Shown here: positions 6,676 to 15,800 of the stretch, in pieces
Layout: the number at the start of each line of letters is the position of its first letter
Numbering within the stretch: position 1 is the stretch's first letter
IMG/VR virus record: IMGVR_UViG_3300006118_000025
Location: 1 to 34,323 of that record
Direction: 5' to 3' (one strand)
Source: a virus
Lineage: Duplodnaviria > Caudoviricetes
Length of the DNA stretch: 34,323 bases
Made by a program: the position numbers and the translations under genes
Notes under the pieces: generated by a model
What the model was told of the DNA's origin: nothing
The model's input: only the letters and a program-made list of their open reading frames with translations
The model's database searches: none

Positions 6676-8783
6676 ACTGTAGTTATATCGTTTCCATAAC
6701 TGGTAAAACCATTTTCCTTAGTAACGGTTAAAATATTATTAACACGACCACTTAATTCTTCACGATGGCTAACCAAGAAAATACTCTTACCACGTTCACG
6801 GTTCATGCGTTTTAGGATTGCCAGTGAGTTTTCAACCCCACTGGCATCCATACCACTATCAATAAGTTCATCGATAAACAGGAGATTGATGTGTTGATAA
6901 AGGTTTTCCCAAACATCACGGAAAGCCCAACTTAGTGATAGTATCAAACGGTTACGTTCGCCACGAGATAAGTTATCAAAGTCAAGGTCACGTCCTAATT
7001 CAGTAATTTCTGTAGATAAATCATTCAAGAACTTGACTTCATGTGGCAACCCAATAGCACTCAAGTAAGCACCAAGGCGGCTATTAAGATAAGCAAGGTT
7101 CTGATCAATAATCTTCTTGCGCACAAAACTATCTTTGCTAGTAAGCATTTTCAATAAAAACTCTTGGTGTTCTTGTAATTGAGTTAGGTTATTGATTGTG
7201 TCCCATGTAATTTCAATTACAGCATTTATTTCCATATCAGCTATTTGGTCACTATAAGGATCAACTTCTGCTTGCTTAGCAAGTAGCGAATTAGCCAATT
7301 GTTCTAGTGTGCTGCGGTGATTTAGCGCATCTTCTATAGTATCATAGTGAAAAGCACCAATTTGAGTTTCGGCAATATACTCTCTATCACCTAATTCAGT
7401 AGCAAGTTCAATAATCTGTTCGCTAAATGGACTAGTTTCAAGCATACGGCTTTCAAGAGTAGCATTCATATTCTCAAGAGTATTGCGGTGATTAAGTGCT
7501 TCTTCAAGTGTTTTATAGTATGGTTTTGGCGGTGTTATTAATTCACCAATTTGCTCAATAGTGTCAAGATGGTCACTTTTTTGGCTTTCATTTGCTAATA
7601 ATTGTAGCGCACTTTCACGCAACATATTTTGTTTTGTTGCTAAAATATCTGCTTGATTATCATCATGCAGTTCGCTGCCACAAGCATAACACTTGTGGTT
7701 TTTAAGGTCTTCAATCTCACTTTTTAACTTGGCTTGTGTTTTTTCTTCTTTTAGATTAGCAGCATTAATAGATGCAATCCAACGTTTTGCTTCATCACGA
7801 CGTTTTACTTTGGCATCATAATCTGCAATATCACGATGATTAGCAATTTCAGCATCAATATCAATCTTTGATAATTCAGCAATTTGTAATTTAATTGCAT
7901 CACAATCATCTAATTGTTTCTTATCCCACATTTTTTGACGAGTTTCAATACTTTTTAACTGGTCAAATAGTTTTTTGTTAGCATTAACTTGCTCAAGCAA
8001 ACGATGATTTGCAATTTCAGCATCAATATCAATTTCACTTAGTGATATTAAATTGCGCTCAATTTTATTGCAGTCTTCATCATGCTTTGATTGCCACAGT
8101 TTTTGACGTTTCTTTAAGTTGTCAATTTGTTCTGCAATACGAACATTAGCATCTTGTTGTGCTTTAATGCGTATTTTTTCTTCATTAATTGCGTCTTTTG
8201 TATTTTTAATCTGACTTTTAAGTTGTTCTGCTTTTTCGCTTAGTATTGTAACGCCAAGCAACTGTTCAATAATTTGTCGCTGATCGTTGGCTCGCATGCT
8301 TAAAAACGGCTCTGTATATGTGTTTAATGCTACAACATGCTTAAACATATCATGTGACATGCCTAACAGTCGCTCAATATCACCTTGTGTTTCACGACTA
8401 TCGCCTTGACTATCATCTACATAACCAACCTGTTCTTCGCCATCTATATACAATTTTGTAAATGTAGGCTTACGACCACGTTCAATACGGTATGCACGAC
8501 CATTAACTTCAAAATCAATAGTAACTACCATATTCTTGGCATTTGTTTTGTTTATAAGATTATCTTTTTTAATATTAGTAAGGGCTTGACCGTAGAGACC
8601 ATAACTCAGCGCATTTATAATGGTTGTCTTACCTGTTCCATTACGCGCACCGCTATCATCACCTCCTAAATCTAAGTTTTCTCCGAGAACAAGAGTTAGG
8701 TCACTACGGTCAAAATGCACAGCCTGGGTTGCATTACCCACGCTCATAAAGTTTTTTGCTGTAAGACTTTTTAATTTAAGCAT
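6672..8783 (-). CDS. gp46: Recombination endonuclease ATPase subunit, T4 gp46 / SbcC / Rad50-like
   Basis: N-terminal KNFMS, Walker A (NGTGKTT), long coiled coil with a central CYAC zinc hook, signature LSRGE, Walker B (LLFIDE) and H-loop (VSH). Confidence 0.93.
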   Translation of the reverse strand: MLKLKSLTAKNFMSVGNATQAVHFDRSDLTLVLGENLDLGGDDSGARNGTGKTTIINALSYGLYGQALTNIKKDNLINKTNAKNMVVTIDFEVNGRAYRIERGRKPTFTKLYIDGEEQVGYVDDSQGDSRETQGDIERLLGMSHDMFKHVVALNTYTEPFLSMRANDQRQIIEQLLGVTILSEKAEQLKSQIKNTKDAINEEKIRIKAQQDANVRIAEQIDNLKKRQKLWQSKHDEDCNKIERNLISLSEIDIDAEIANHRLLEQVNANKKLFDQLKSIETRQKMWDKKQLDDCDAIKLQIAELSKIDIDAEIANHRDIADYDAKVKRRDEAKRWIASINAANLKEEKTQAKLKSEIEDLKNHKCYACGSELHDDNQADILATKQNMLRESALQLLANESQKSDHLDTIEQIGELITPPKPYYKTLEEALNHRNTLENMNATLESRMLETSPFSEQIIELATELGDREYIAETQIGAFHYDTIEDALNHRSTLEQLANSLLAKQAEVDPYSDQIADMEINAVIEITWDTINNLTQLQEHQEFLLKMLTSKDSFVRKKIIDQNLAYLNSRLGAYLSAIGLPHEVKFLNDLSTEITELGRDLDFDNLSRGERNRLILSLSWAFRDVWENLYQHINLLFIDELIDSGMDASGVENSLAILKRMNRERGKSIFLVSHREELSGRVNNILTVTKENGFTSYGNDITTV
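7833..8033. repeat. Intragenic direct repeat in gp46 (33 nt, 32/33 identical; 168-nt period)
   Basis: ACGATGATTwGCAATTTCAGCATCAATATCAAT at 7833-7865 and 8001-8033, each encoding IDIDAEIANHR on the minus strand. Confidence 0.85.
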
Positions 8784-8788
8784 GTTTT

Positions 8789-8817
8789 AAGTTACCATAA
8801 GTTGATAGTATATTCAA
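8789..8817 (-). promoter_or_regulatory. Sigma70-type promoter, probably leaderless, for gp46
   Basis: Minus strand TTGAAT-N17-TAACTT with a TGn extension; ATG (8783) 5 nt downstream; no SD. Confidence 0.5.
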
Positions 8818-9599
8818 GATTTTTTTAATTTTAATAGCGTAGCACGCGCACGATTATAAACATTTTTGTTAAGCAGCGCATCATGTGGCGTTAGATTAGA
8901 TAATGCTTCGGCTGCATAACTGATATACTGCGCAGTAGCACTCATAATTTTATCATTAGTAAATGTATAATCACACTGTGGTGTGCAAATCAAATGTAAT
9001 CGGTATAGTGAACCACTAGCATTTACAATAGTATGCGGCGTATTTGTATCAAGCATATAAAGTTTTTGTGTATCGCGCATATGAAATGTAGTATTGCCAC
9101 TAACAAAAAACACATCATCATTTGTAACAATAGGCAAATGAAATCGCACATCACCATAATCTGTGTGTATAGTTTCTACATGCTGTGGTCCAACGCAACG
9201 CAATTTAATGCGTCCAAATTTTAAGTTTGTAGCAGTTTCTATGCTTGTGATTGTGCTAGCAATTACTGGATAGTCTTCAAGTATATCGTTATTGTAATAA
9301 ACATAATCTGCTTCGCCAGGTATTTCGCCAACTTGATTAGGTTGCTTGTCTATTTCAAATATTTTACTAATTGCATCTCTGCTATCACAATCATATGTGT
9401 AACCAGTATAGATGTTACTAACTTGCGCTTCTGGTGATAATTTTGGATTATGTGTCTTTATATTAACAGTTTGCGTAATATGACTATGTTTTTTGTAATA
9501 TTTTACACAATCACTATAAAAATCACCCAAATATATATTGTGTGTCCGTAAATCAATATATTCACATTCGGGTAAGTTAAGTTTTAACTGTTCTAACAT
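8814..9599 (-). CDS. Aspartyl/asparaginyl beta-hydroxylase-like 2OG-Fe(II) oxygenase
   Basis: 'IHTD...RFHLPIVTN...LDTNTPHTIVNAS...RLHLI' is a typical AspH-family pattern. Confidence 0.78.
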   Translation of the reverse strand: MLEQLKLNLPECEYIDLRTHNIYLGDFYSDCVKYYKKHSHITQTVNIKTHNPKLSPEAQVSNIYTGYTYDCDSRDAISKIFEIDKQPNQVGEIPGEADYVYYNNDILEDYPVIASTITSIETATNLKFGRIKLRCVGPQHVETIHTDYGDVRFHLPIVTNDDVFFVSGNTTFHMRDTQKLYMLDTNTPHTIVNASGSLYRLHLICTPQCDYTFTNDKIMSATAQYISYAAEALSNLTPHDALLNKNVYNRARATLLKLKKS

Positions 9600-9601
9600 G
9601 T

Positions 9602-10615
9602 TTATAGATTGTTATATATCTGTAGCAGCAGATGCGTATCATAGTGCGTTGTGTCTAGTGTTTGTATCTGACTCATTACAATCTGATCGACAGATTCAAA
9701 CTTGACTTCGCCTAGTGTATCTTCACGCAGCACTTCGCCACGCTGTTGAATAAGGCTTAATTCACGCACATTATATGTTTTTGCCATTTCTTCTTTGATA
9801 AATGTGGCTTCTTCATAAGAAATGTTAATATCAATATTCACACGTGCATATGTTTTGTCATTCAAATGAATATGCGGTTCATCAAGAAGTTGTGAAAGTG
9901 TAAGCAAACGATAGCGCGGACCATCCGTCCAATCATGATAAACTGGTTCAATACCCCATTCTAGTATCATCGCCCCACGAGCATCGTCCCAAGCATCAGC
10001 ATAATTATGAGGAAAAGCATTACCAATGTAGTGTACATTTCCGCGTTGCTGCCGTTTATGAAAATGACCCGTAAAAACCGTTCCAACATTACCAAAATCC
10101 TCGCTTTTTAGTCCACCATGATCTGGCATTTCTACCATAGCATTCATCATAAACTGTGGTAGTTCAAAGTGACCCATCACATATCGTGACTTAATCTTAC
10201 GCATATCTTTATGTTCTTCACCAATCAACCATGGCACAAAGGTTACATCGCCTTCGGTATGTTGATCCATAACAAGTTCAATATTCTTAAACTTTTCAAT
10301 ATAACGAATACTTGTTACAGTTCTGCGGTCTTTATGGTATAAATCATGGTTACCAGGTATAAAAAGCACACGTAATCCAATATTGTTAAGTCGCTCTAAA
10401 ATACGTAAACTATGATCCATAGTGTTAATATTAAGACTATTACGTGTATCATGAAAATCTCCAAGAAATAGCACCGTGTCACATTCTTCGGTCTTGACAA
10501 GATTCAAGAACCAATCCATATAACGATCACAATCGTTTAAGAACAATTGGCTATTTTGCTTGTATCCAAGGTGTAAATCGGTAAAAACCGCGGCTTTTTT
10601 GAACAGGTTTGACAT
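9602..10615 (-). CDS. gp47: Recombination endonuclease nuclease subunit, T4 gp47 / SbcD / Mre11-like metallophosphoesterase
   Basis: Motifs DLH, GDFHD, GNHD, GH and GHFH; located next to gp46 and gp55 homologs. Confidence 0.93.
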   Translation of the reverse strand: MSNLFKKAAVFTDLHLGYKQNSQLFLNDCDRYMDWFLNLVKTEECDTVLFLGDFHDTRNSLNINTMDHSLRILERLNNIGLRVLFIPGNHDLYHKDRRTVTSIRYIEKFKNIELVMDQHTEGDVTFVPWLIGEEHKDMRKIKSRYVMGHFELPQFMMNAMVEMPDHGGLKSEDFGNVGTVFTGHFHKRQQRGNVHYIGNAFPHNYADAWDDARGAMILEWGIEPVYHDWTDGPRYRLLTLSQLLDEPHIHLNDKTYARVNIDINISYEEATFIKEEMAKTYNVRELSLIQQRGEVLREDTLGEVKFESVDQIVMSQIQTLDTTHYDTHLLLQIYNNL

Positions 10616-10621
10616 GTAATC

Positions 10622-10650
10622 AACTTAACAGTTTATCTAATAATTGTCAA
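10622..10650 (-). promoter_or_regulatory. Sigma70-type promoter, probably leaderless, for gp47
   Basis: Minus strand TTGACA-N17-TAAGTT with a TGn extension; ATG (10615) 6 nt downstream, so +1 is predicted on the A of ATG. Confidence 0.65.
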
Positions 10651-10652
10651 TA

Positions 10653-11486
10653 TTAATCATTAAAACCAAAATCACCGCCGCTACCGCCTCTAAATGAATT
10701 ATCGGTTTGGCGTGTATAACTAGGATTCAATCCATTTGCTTCGAGAATGTCGTCACGAAGGTGTTGGTTGCGCTTTTCAACGTTAAGAATTCTAGTAAAA
10801 CTATTGGTGATAGTAGCAGTGTAATAAGCAAAAGGATTATTAGATTTGCTTTCGTCAAATTGTAACCCTACCTGTGATAGTTGTAGCAGTGCTTGGCTGC
10901 GCATCTCATCATTATATGTATAACCACGCCAGTTGCCTTTACTGCCATAACGTTCGCACAGTTTAATGAACATACGTGCTAGATTACTTGTGATCTTGCC
11001 ATGGTCACGATTAAACCAACCATTTTCTAATCCGCCTTCCCAGTGTGACTTGCCACAGCAAATAAGTTCATCGGCTTCATTAAACTTAAAATGCTGAAAT
11101 GGTGGAAAGTTTACCTTGACATGACTATCTGCTGTTGTCTTAATGCTTTTCTTGCGACCTGGTGCTAGTGGTATATGATCCCATGTAATTACACGAAATA
11201 CTATATCAGTTTTGGCAATCGTGTGCCAATCTATAGCATGTTGGTCTTGTTTTGTTTTTATTCCTTGTGCTACTGTGGCTTCATAACTTAGTTTGGCTAA
11301 CCTATCTGCACGAGCACGTTTTGCTTCAGCAATAGTTTTTTGATTTATTTTGCTGACGCTTGGCAATATTAAATCATATTTTGCATCTTCTGGTGCCAAA
11401 TATGAACAATATGTATTTTTGCTGGCTGCTATTTCACGCAGCAAGTCTTTGTTTGTTAAGTATTGGTTTCTTTTGGGTGCTATCAT
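10653..11486 (-). CDS. gp55: RNA polymerase sigma factor for late transcription, T4 gp55-like
   Basis: N-terminal 'YLTNKDLLREI' and region-2-like 'NWRGYTYNDEM...FDESKSNNPFAYYT....NSF.R....EK'. The 55-47-46 order matches T4-like phages. Confidence 0.85.
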   Translation of the reverse strand: MIAPKRNQYLTNKDLLREIAASKNTYCSYLAPEDAKYDLILPSVSKINQKTIAEAKRARADRLAKLSYEATVAQGIKTKQDQHAIDWHTIAKTDIVFRVITWDHIPLAPGRKKSIKTTADSHVKVNFPPFQHFKFNEADELICCGKSHWEGGLENGWFNRDHGKITSNLARMFIKLCERYGSKGNWRGYTYNDEMRSQALLQLSQVGLQFDESKSNNPFAYYTATITNSFTRILNVEKRNQHLRDDILEANGLNPSYTRQTDNSFRGGSGGDFGFND

Positions 11487-11493
11487 GTAATCT

Positions 11494-11522
11494 ATTATAT
11501 ATGGTTATTTTGAAGAAATAAA
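11494..11522 (-). promoter_or_regulatory. Sigma70-type promoter for the gp55-like gene (perfect -10, weak -35)
   Basis: Minus strand TTTATT-N17-TATAAT; ATG (11486) 7 nt downstream. Confidence 0.5.
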
Positions 11523-11526
11523 TATT
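11517..11526 (+). promoter_or_regulatory. Putative late (gp55-dependent) promoter AATAAATATT
   Basis: Resembles the T4 late promoter TATAAATA. It lies at the head of the structural operon, with GGAG SD and ATG 11542 downstream. The same TAAATATT core occurs before gp25 and gp6. Confidence 0.6.
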
Positions 11527-11541
11527 TTTATTGGAGCAAGT

Positions 11542-12579
11542 ATGAGTTTATTTAATTTTTCTCCGCAAAAATTTTATAGTCGCACACCACAGAGTAATCA
11601 AACTACAAGAACTAGCAATCCTACTAGTGATGCGGTTATTAATGGTGGAAATGGTATTGTTGTAAACAACGCAGGTTTACCGCAAACAAGTTATACTATA
11701 CCAGGCACAACTGGATACAGATTGCCTGCACAAAGTTATATTAACTATAGCGTCAATAATCCTACAAGCGGTGGACTACAAACATTAAAAACAAGTTTAG
11801 TCAAAACAGCAATTAATAGCTCACTACAAGGTTTAGTATATGGTTTAACTAACGGACCATCTACTGATCCTACTGGTGGGCGACTGCGTGGAACTGGTGT
11901 TGCTATAGGCGGCACTAGTCAAGATCAACTGCAAGCGAGCAATAGCGATAGCCATACTGCTTTTCAAGATGATAGTGAAAGTCGTGTTATCATATATGAT
12001 CAAACAGGACAACTTATAGGCAATAACAACGCTGTGTTAAAACCACTTGAAGAACTTAACGGTGTGTTATTTCCTTATACACCACAAATACAAGTTAATC
12101 ATCAAGCCAGTTATGATATGATGAACTTGGTGCATACAAATTATACTACGCCTGCTTATCAATACAGTAAAGTAGAAACAATTAATATTACAGCGCAGTT
12201 TACAGCAAATTATCCAGCAGAAGCAGAATATGTTATTGCTATGATGCACTTTTTTAGCAGCGCAACCAAAATGTTTTATGGTATTGATCAACTTGCTGGC
12301 ACGCCACCGCCTGTGTTATTCCTAGATGGTTATGGACCATATACATTTAATCATGTGCCTGTAGTATTAACTAATTTTGATTTTACACTACCAAACGAAG
12401 TAGATTATATTAGTTGCACAGTAAAAGGTCAGCGTCAAAAAGTTCCTACTTCACTACAAGTATCTTTAAGTATGGTTCCAACATACAGTCGCAATAAGAT
12501 TAGTAAGCAATTTGGCTTGGTTGGTTTTGCTAAAGGCGCACTTGTTGGCGGCAACGATAAAACTGGGGGATGGATTTAA
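11542..12579 (+). CDS. Baseplate / tail-tube initiator-like protein (gp48/gp54-like)
   Basis: 'GVLFPYTPQI...HTNY', 'GTPPPVLFLDGYG...FNHVPVVLTNFDFTLP..VDYI' is a tube-fold pattern. It is the first gene of the late baseplate cluster, immediately before the gp53-like gene. Confidence 0.55.
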   Translation: MSLFNFSPQKFYSRTPQSNQTTRTSNPTSDAVINGGNGIVVNNAGLPQTSYTIPGTTGYRLPAQSYINYSVNNPTSGGLQTLKTSLVKTAINSSLQGLVYGLTNGPSTDPTGGRLRGTGVAIGGTSQDQLQASNSDSHTAFQDDSESRVIIYDQTGQLIGNNNAVLKPLEELNGVLFPYTPQIQVNHQASYDMMNLVHTNYTTPAYQYSKVETINITAQFTANYPAEAEYVIAMMHFFSSATKMFYGIDQLAGTPPPVLFLDGYGPYTFNHVPVVLTNFDFTLPNEVDYISCTVKGQRQKVPTSLQVSLSMVPTYSRNKISKQFGLVGFAKGALVGGNDKTGGWI

Positions 12580-12896
12580 TGGCGTTTAACACAACTACAT
12601 ATAGTTCTGCTAGCGCATACTATAGCACTCCTAGTTTTGGTAACGGTCAATTTTTAGATTTGCGTATTGATAGGTCAATACCTAAACTGCAAAGCGATAT
12701 ATTGTTTACGATACCGCCGCAACATGAGTATCGTCCTGATTTGTTAGCATATGATTTATATGGCAATCCTACGCTTTGGTGGGTATTTGCGCAACGCAAT
12801 CCTAATACGTTAATTGATCCACTATGGGATTTTACTGCTAATACTCAAATATATTTGCCAACTAAGGCTACACTGCAAAATGCGTTGGGTATCTAA
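12579..12896 (+). CDS. Baseplate wedge protein, gp53-like (LysM-like)
   Basis: 'YRPDLLAYDLYGNPTLWWVFAQRN...IYLP' motif. The start at ATG 12579 overlaps the upstream stop (TAATG); the track start at 12570 is an alternative. Confidence 0.8.
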   Translation: MAFNTTTYSSASAYYSTPSFGNGQFLDLRIDRSIPKLQSDILFTIPPQHEYRPDLLAYDLYGNPTLWWVFAQRNPNTLIDPLWDFTANTQIYLPTKATLQNALGI

Positions 12897-15800
12897 ATGC
12901 CAAACAATACATTAAGTCCAACTGGTTTAACGCCACAACAACAATTAGATGCAGCAAATTTACAATTCAAAAATAAAATTAATCAATTTGTAGCAAGCGG
13001 CAGCGGCGTTATTAGTAGTGATGATGTTCTAAATGCCAAGACTGCTATATTAAACAGCGGTGCTTATCCAGCACTTGATATAGGAAGTTTTGGTGTATCA
13101 CAAACCTATGGTCAACCACTAACTGATATTAATGGCAATCCTGTAACTACTTTACCAGAGTTTTTTATTGTAGGTGATGGCAATAGTGGTGCTATAACAC
13201 CTATACGCAATAACACTTGGAATGGCACACCACTATTGACTAATAGCGGCACAGTAGTATCAAGTGATAATGCAGCACAAATTGCTGCTGCACAAGATGC
13301 TGCACAAAGCGCACTACAAATATCACAACAAACTGCTACGCAAAGCAGTGCGGCTGAACTAGTTGCTGCACAAACTGCGCTACAAGCAGCACGAGCACGT
13401 GTGGCTGCGCTACAAGCAGAAGCAGATAATACAACGCCTGCGTCTACTGCTCCTACAAGCAGTAGTGGCACAATAGCCGCAAGCGATAACGCAAATACAA
13501 AACAAGGATTACAAATTGATCCACAATCTGCTACTGTTGCGGCACAGGTGGCTATTACAGATCAACAGTTAGCCGAGCAAACTGCGGCGGCTGCACTAGC
13601 AGTACAAACACAACAAAAAATTACTGCGGATGATGGCACGAATACTGCTGGCAGCAGTGGCAGTGGAACTTCAAGCAGTGCAAGTAGCAGCAACGGTGGC
13701 GCAGTTCTTACTGATGCAGTAGCCGTTACTAGCAACACAAAACAACCTACTACAGATGAAGATAATGGTTCTAGTGGCAGCGGCAACGGCAAAACTACTG
13801 CAACTGCGCCAGCAACGGACCAAACTGTAACAGGCGGCACTAGTAGTGATGGCACTAGCGGACCTTATGTAAATAATGGCATATATGGCGGCGGTTCTAA
13901 TAATGGTGCTACTGTAATTACACAAGGCGGTGCACCTAAAAGCGATGGTGTAGGCGGACCTTATATAAACAACGGTAGTTATGGCAACGGCGGCGGCAGC
14001 ACTGCTATTAAAACAAATAAACTGCATGATTATACAAACTGGACTTATCGTATTTCAATTTATGGCGTGCCACGTGATACAATCAATAAAATTTATTCAC
14101 ATAGTATAAATCCTGGCAACGAATATCTTATTAAACAAGGCGGTATATTTGTAGCAGCAGATGGCGGCGGTGCTAATGAAGACCGCACATATTTTCCTAC
14201 AGATTTAAGTATTGATAATTTAGAATTAAAAACTATCGTAAACACAAACAGTGGCTTAACACGTGCCACCGATGTTATTACATTAAAATTTGATATCATA
14301 GAACCTTATACAGTTAAGTTTTTGGCACAGTTACAAATTATGGCTAAAGCACTAAACCCAGAACCTAATTTTAACTGGGCAAACAGTTTCTTTGTAATGA
14401 AGATAGAGTTTTTAGGTTATGATGATAGTGGAAAACCTGTATCACCAGCCACAAATGTTGCAACTGGTCAAGGCGAAGCAATACCAGGCACAACCAAATA
14501 CATACCTTTTACCTTTGTTCACATCAAGTATACATTAAACAGTAGCGGCGCAATTTATAGTTGCCAAGCAATACCTGCTAATGCAATCGGATTAATTGGT
14601 TTATACAACACACTACCTTTTCACGTAGAAGTAAAAGGCAGCACTATTAAAGATTTGTTTAATGGTCAACTTGCTTCTACTACTGAAGTACAAAGTTACA
14701 GCACAATTAATGAAGAAAAACAAATTACTAGCACAGTTACAGATAGTGTTGCTGGCAATAATACTATCGTCAAAGCAGGTTTAGCAGAAGCACTTAATGC
14801 AAGCGAAGATGAAAAAGTAAAACAAGTTGATAGCAACGGTCAAAAAGTAGGGCAACGATTGGCTAACAGATTTGAGTTTGAGTTTGATCAAGAAATACTT
14901 AATGCTAGTATTATTGACCCAACTACATTTAAAGATGCTAGTATAGCAATACAAGGCAAAGATGCTGCTGATGCAAATGTGCGAAAACAAGCATCACTAG
15001 GCGTGCTAAAATTAACTACTGACAGCCAAGCATTTCGTGCTGCTAGCGGCACACGCATTACTGATTTTATTGGTAGTATTATTGGTGTTAGTGATTATAT
15101 GACCAAGCAAAATACTACAAGTAATCATGATAACCAACCAGTTAAAACTTGGAAAATTACACCAGTAATTAATTTTGGCAATATTGATCAAGGCACAGGT
15201 TATTATCAAACTACTATTCGTTGGGTTGTTATGCCTTTTGTTACTTACGGTAATGATAATCCTGGTTTTGGACAAGCACCTGTAAATCAAAATCAAATAG
15301 TAAAACAATACAAATATTTGTATAGTGGCGATAACCGTGATGTGTTAGATGCCAAAATAGAATATAACATGGCTTTCTTTGAAATACGTAACGGCGTTCC
15401 AAACAATTATATTAACAAAGCACAAGACAATACTGGTGCTGGTAATGGTGCAACAAGTGATACACAACTACCAACTTATAATGCTGGCGGTTATGATGCA
15501 TTTGCTGATTCACGTTTTTTCAAACCAAACTACTATTATGCACGTGGTTTAGCAAATCGACAGCATACTGCTCCTACTGGCGTAAGCGCACAAACTATTG
15601 CTGTACAAGAACTTATGGAAAAACTACATGATAATCGTGCAGATATGATACAGTTAGACTTTACGATTGTTGGTGATCCTGATTGGATTAGTCAAGATTA
15701 CTTTTTAATACATCCTAGTCAAGTAGGACTAGGTAACTATACAGGTCCAAATGGCAGTATTAACTATAACAATCCTGTGTATTTTAACTTTTATTTTTCT

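Noticed and set aside
6672-10615. Inteins or introns in gp46/gp47
   Set aside because: No C...HN intein ends or LAGLIDADG motifs; most of the extra length of gp46 is explained by the coiled-coil duplications.
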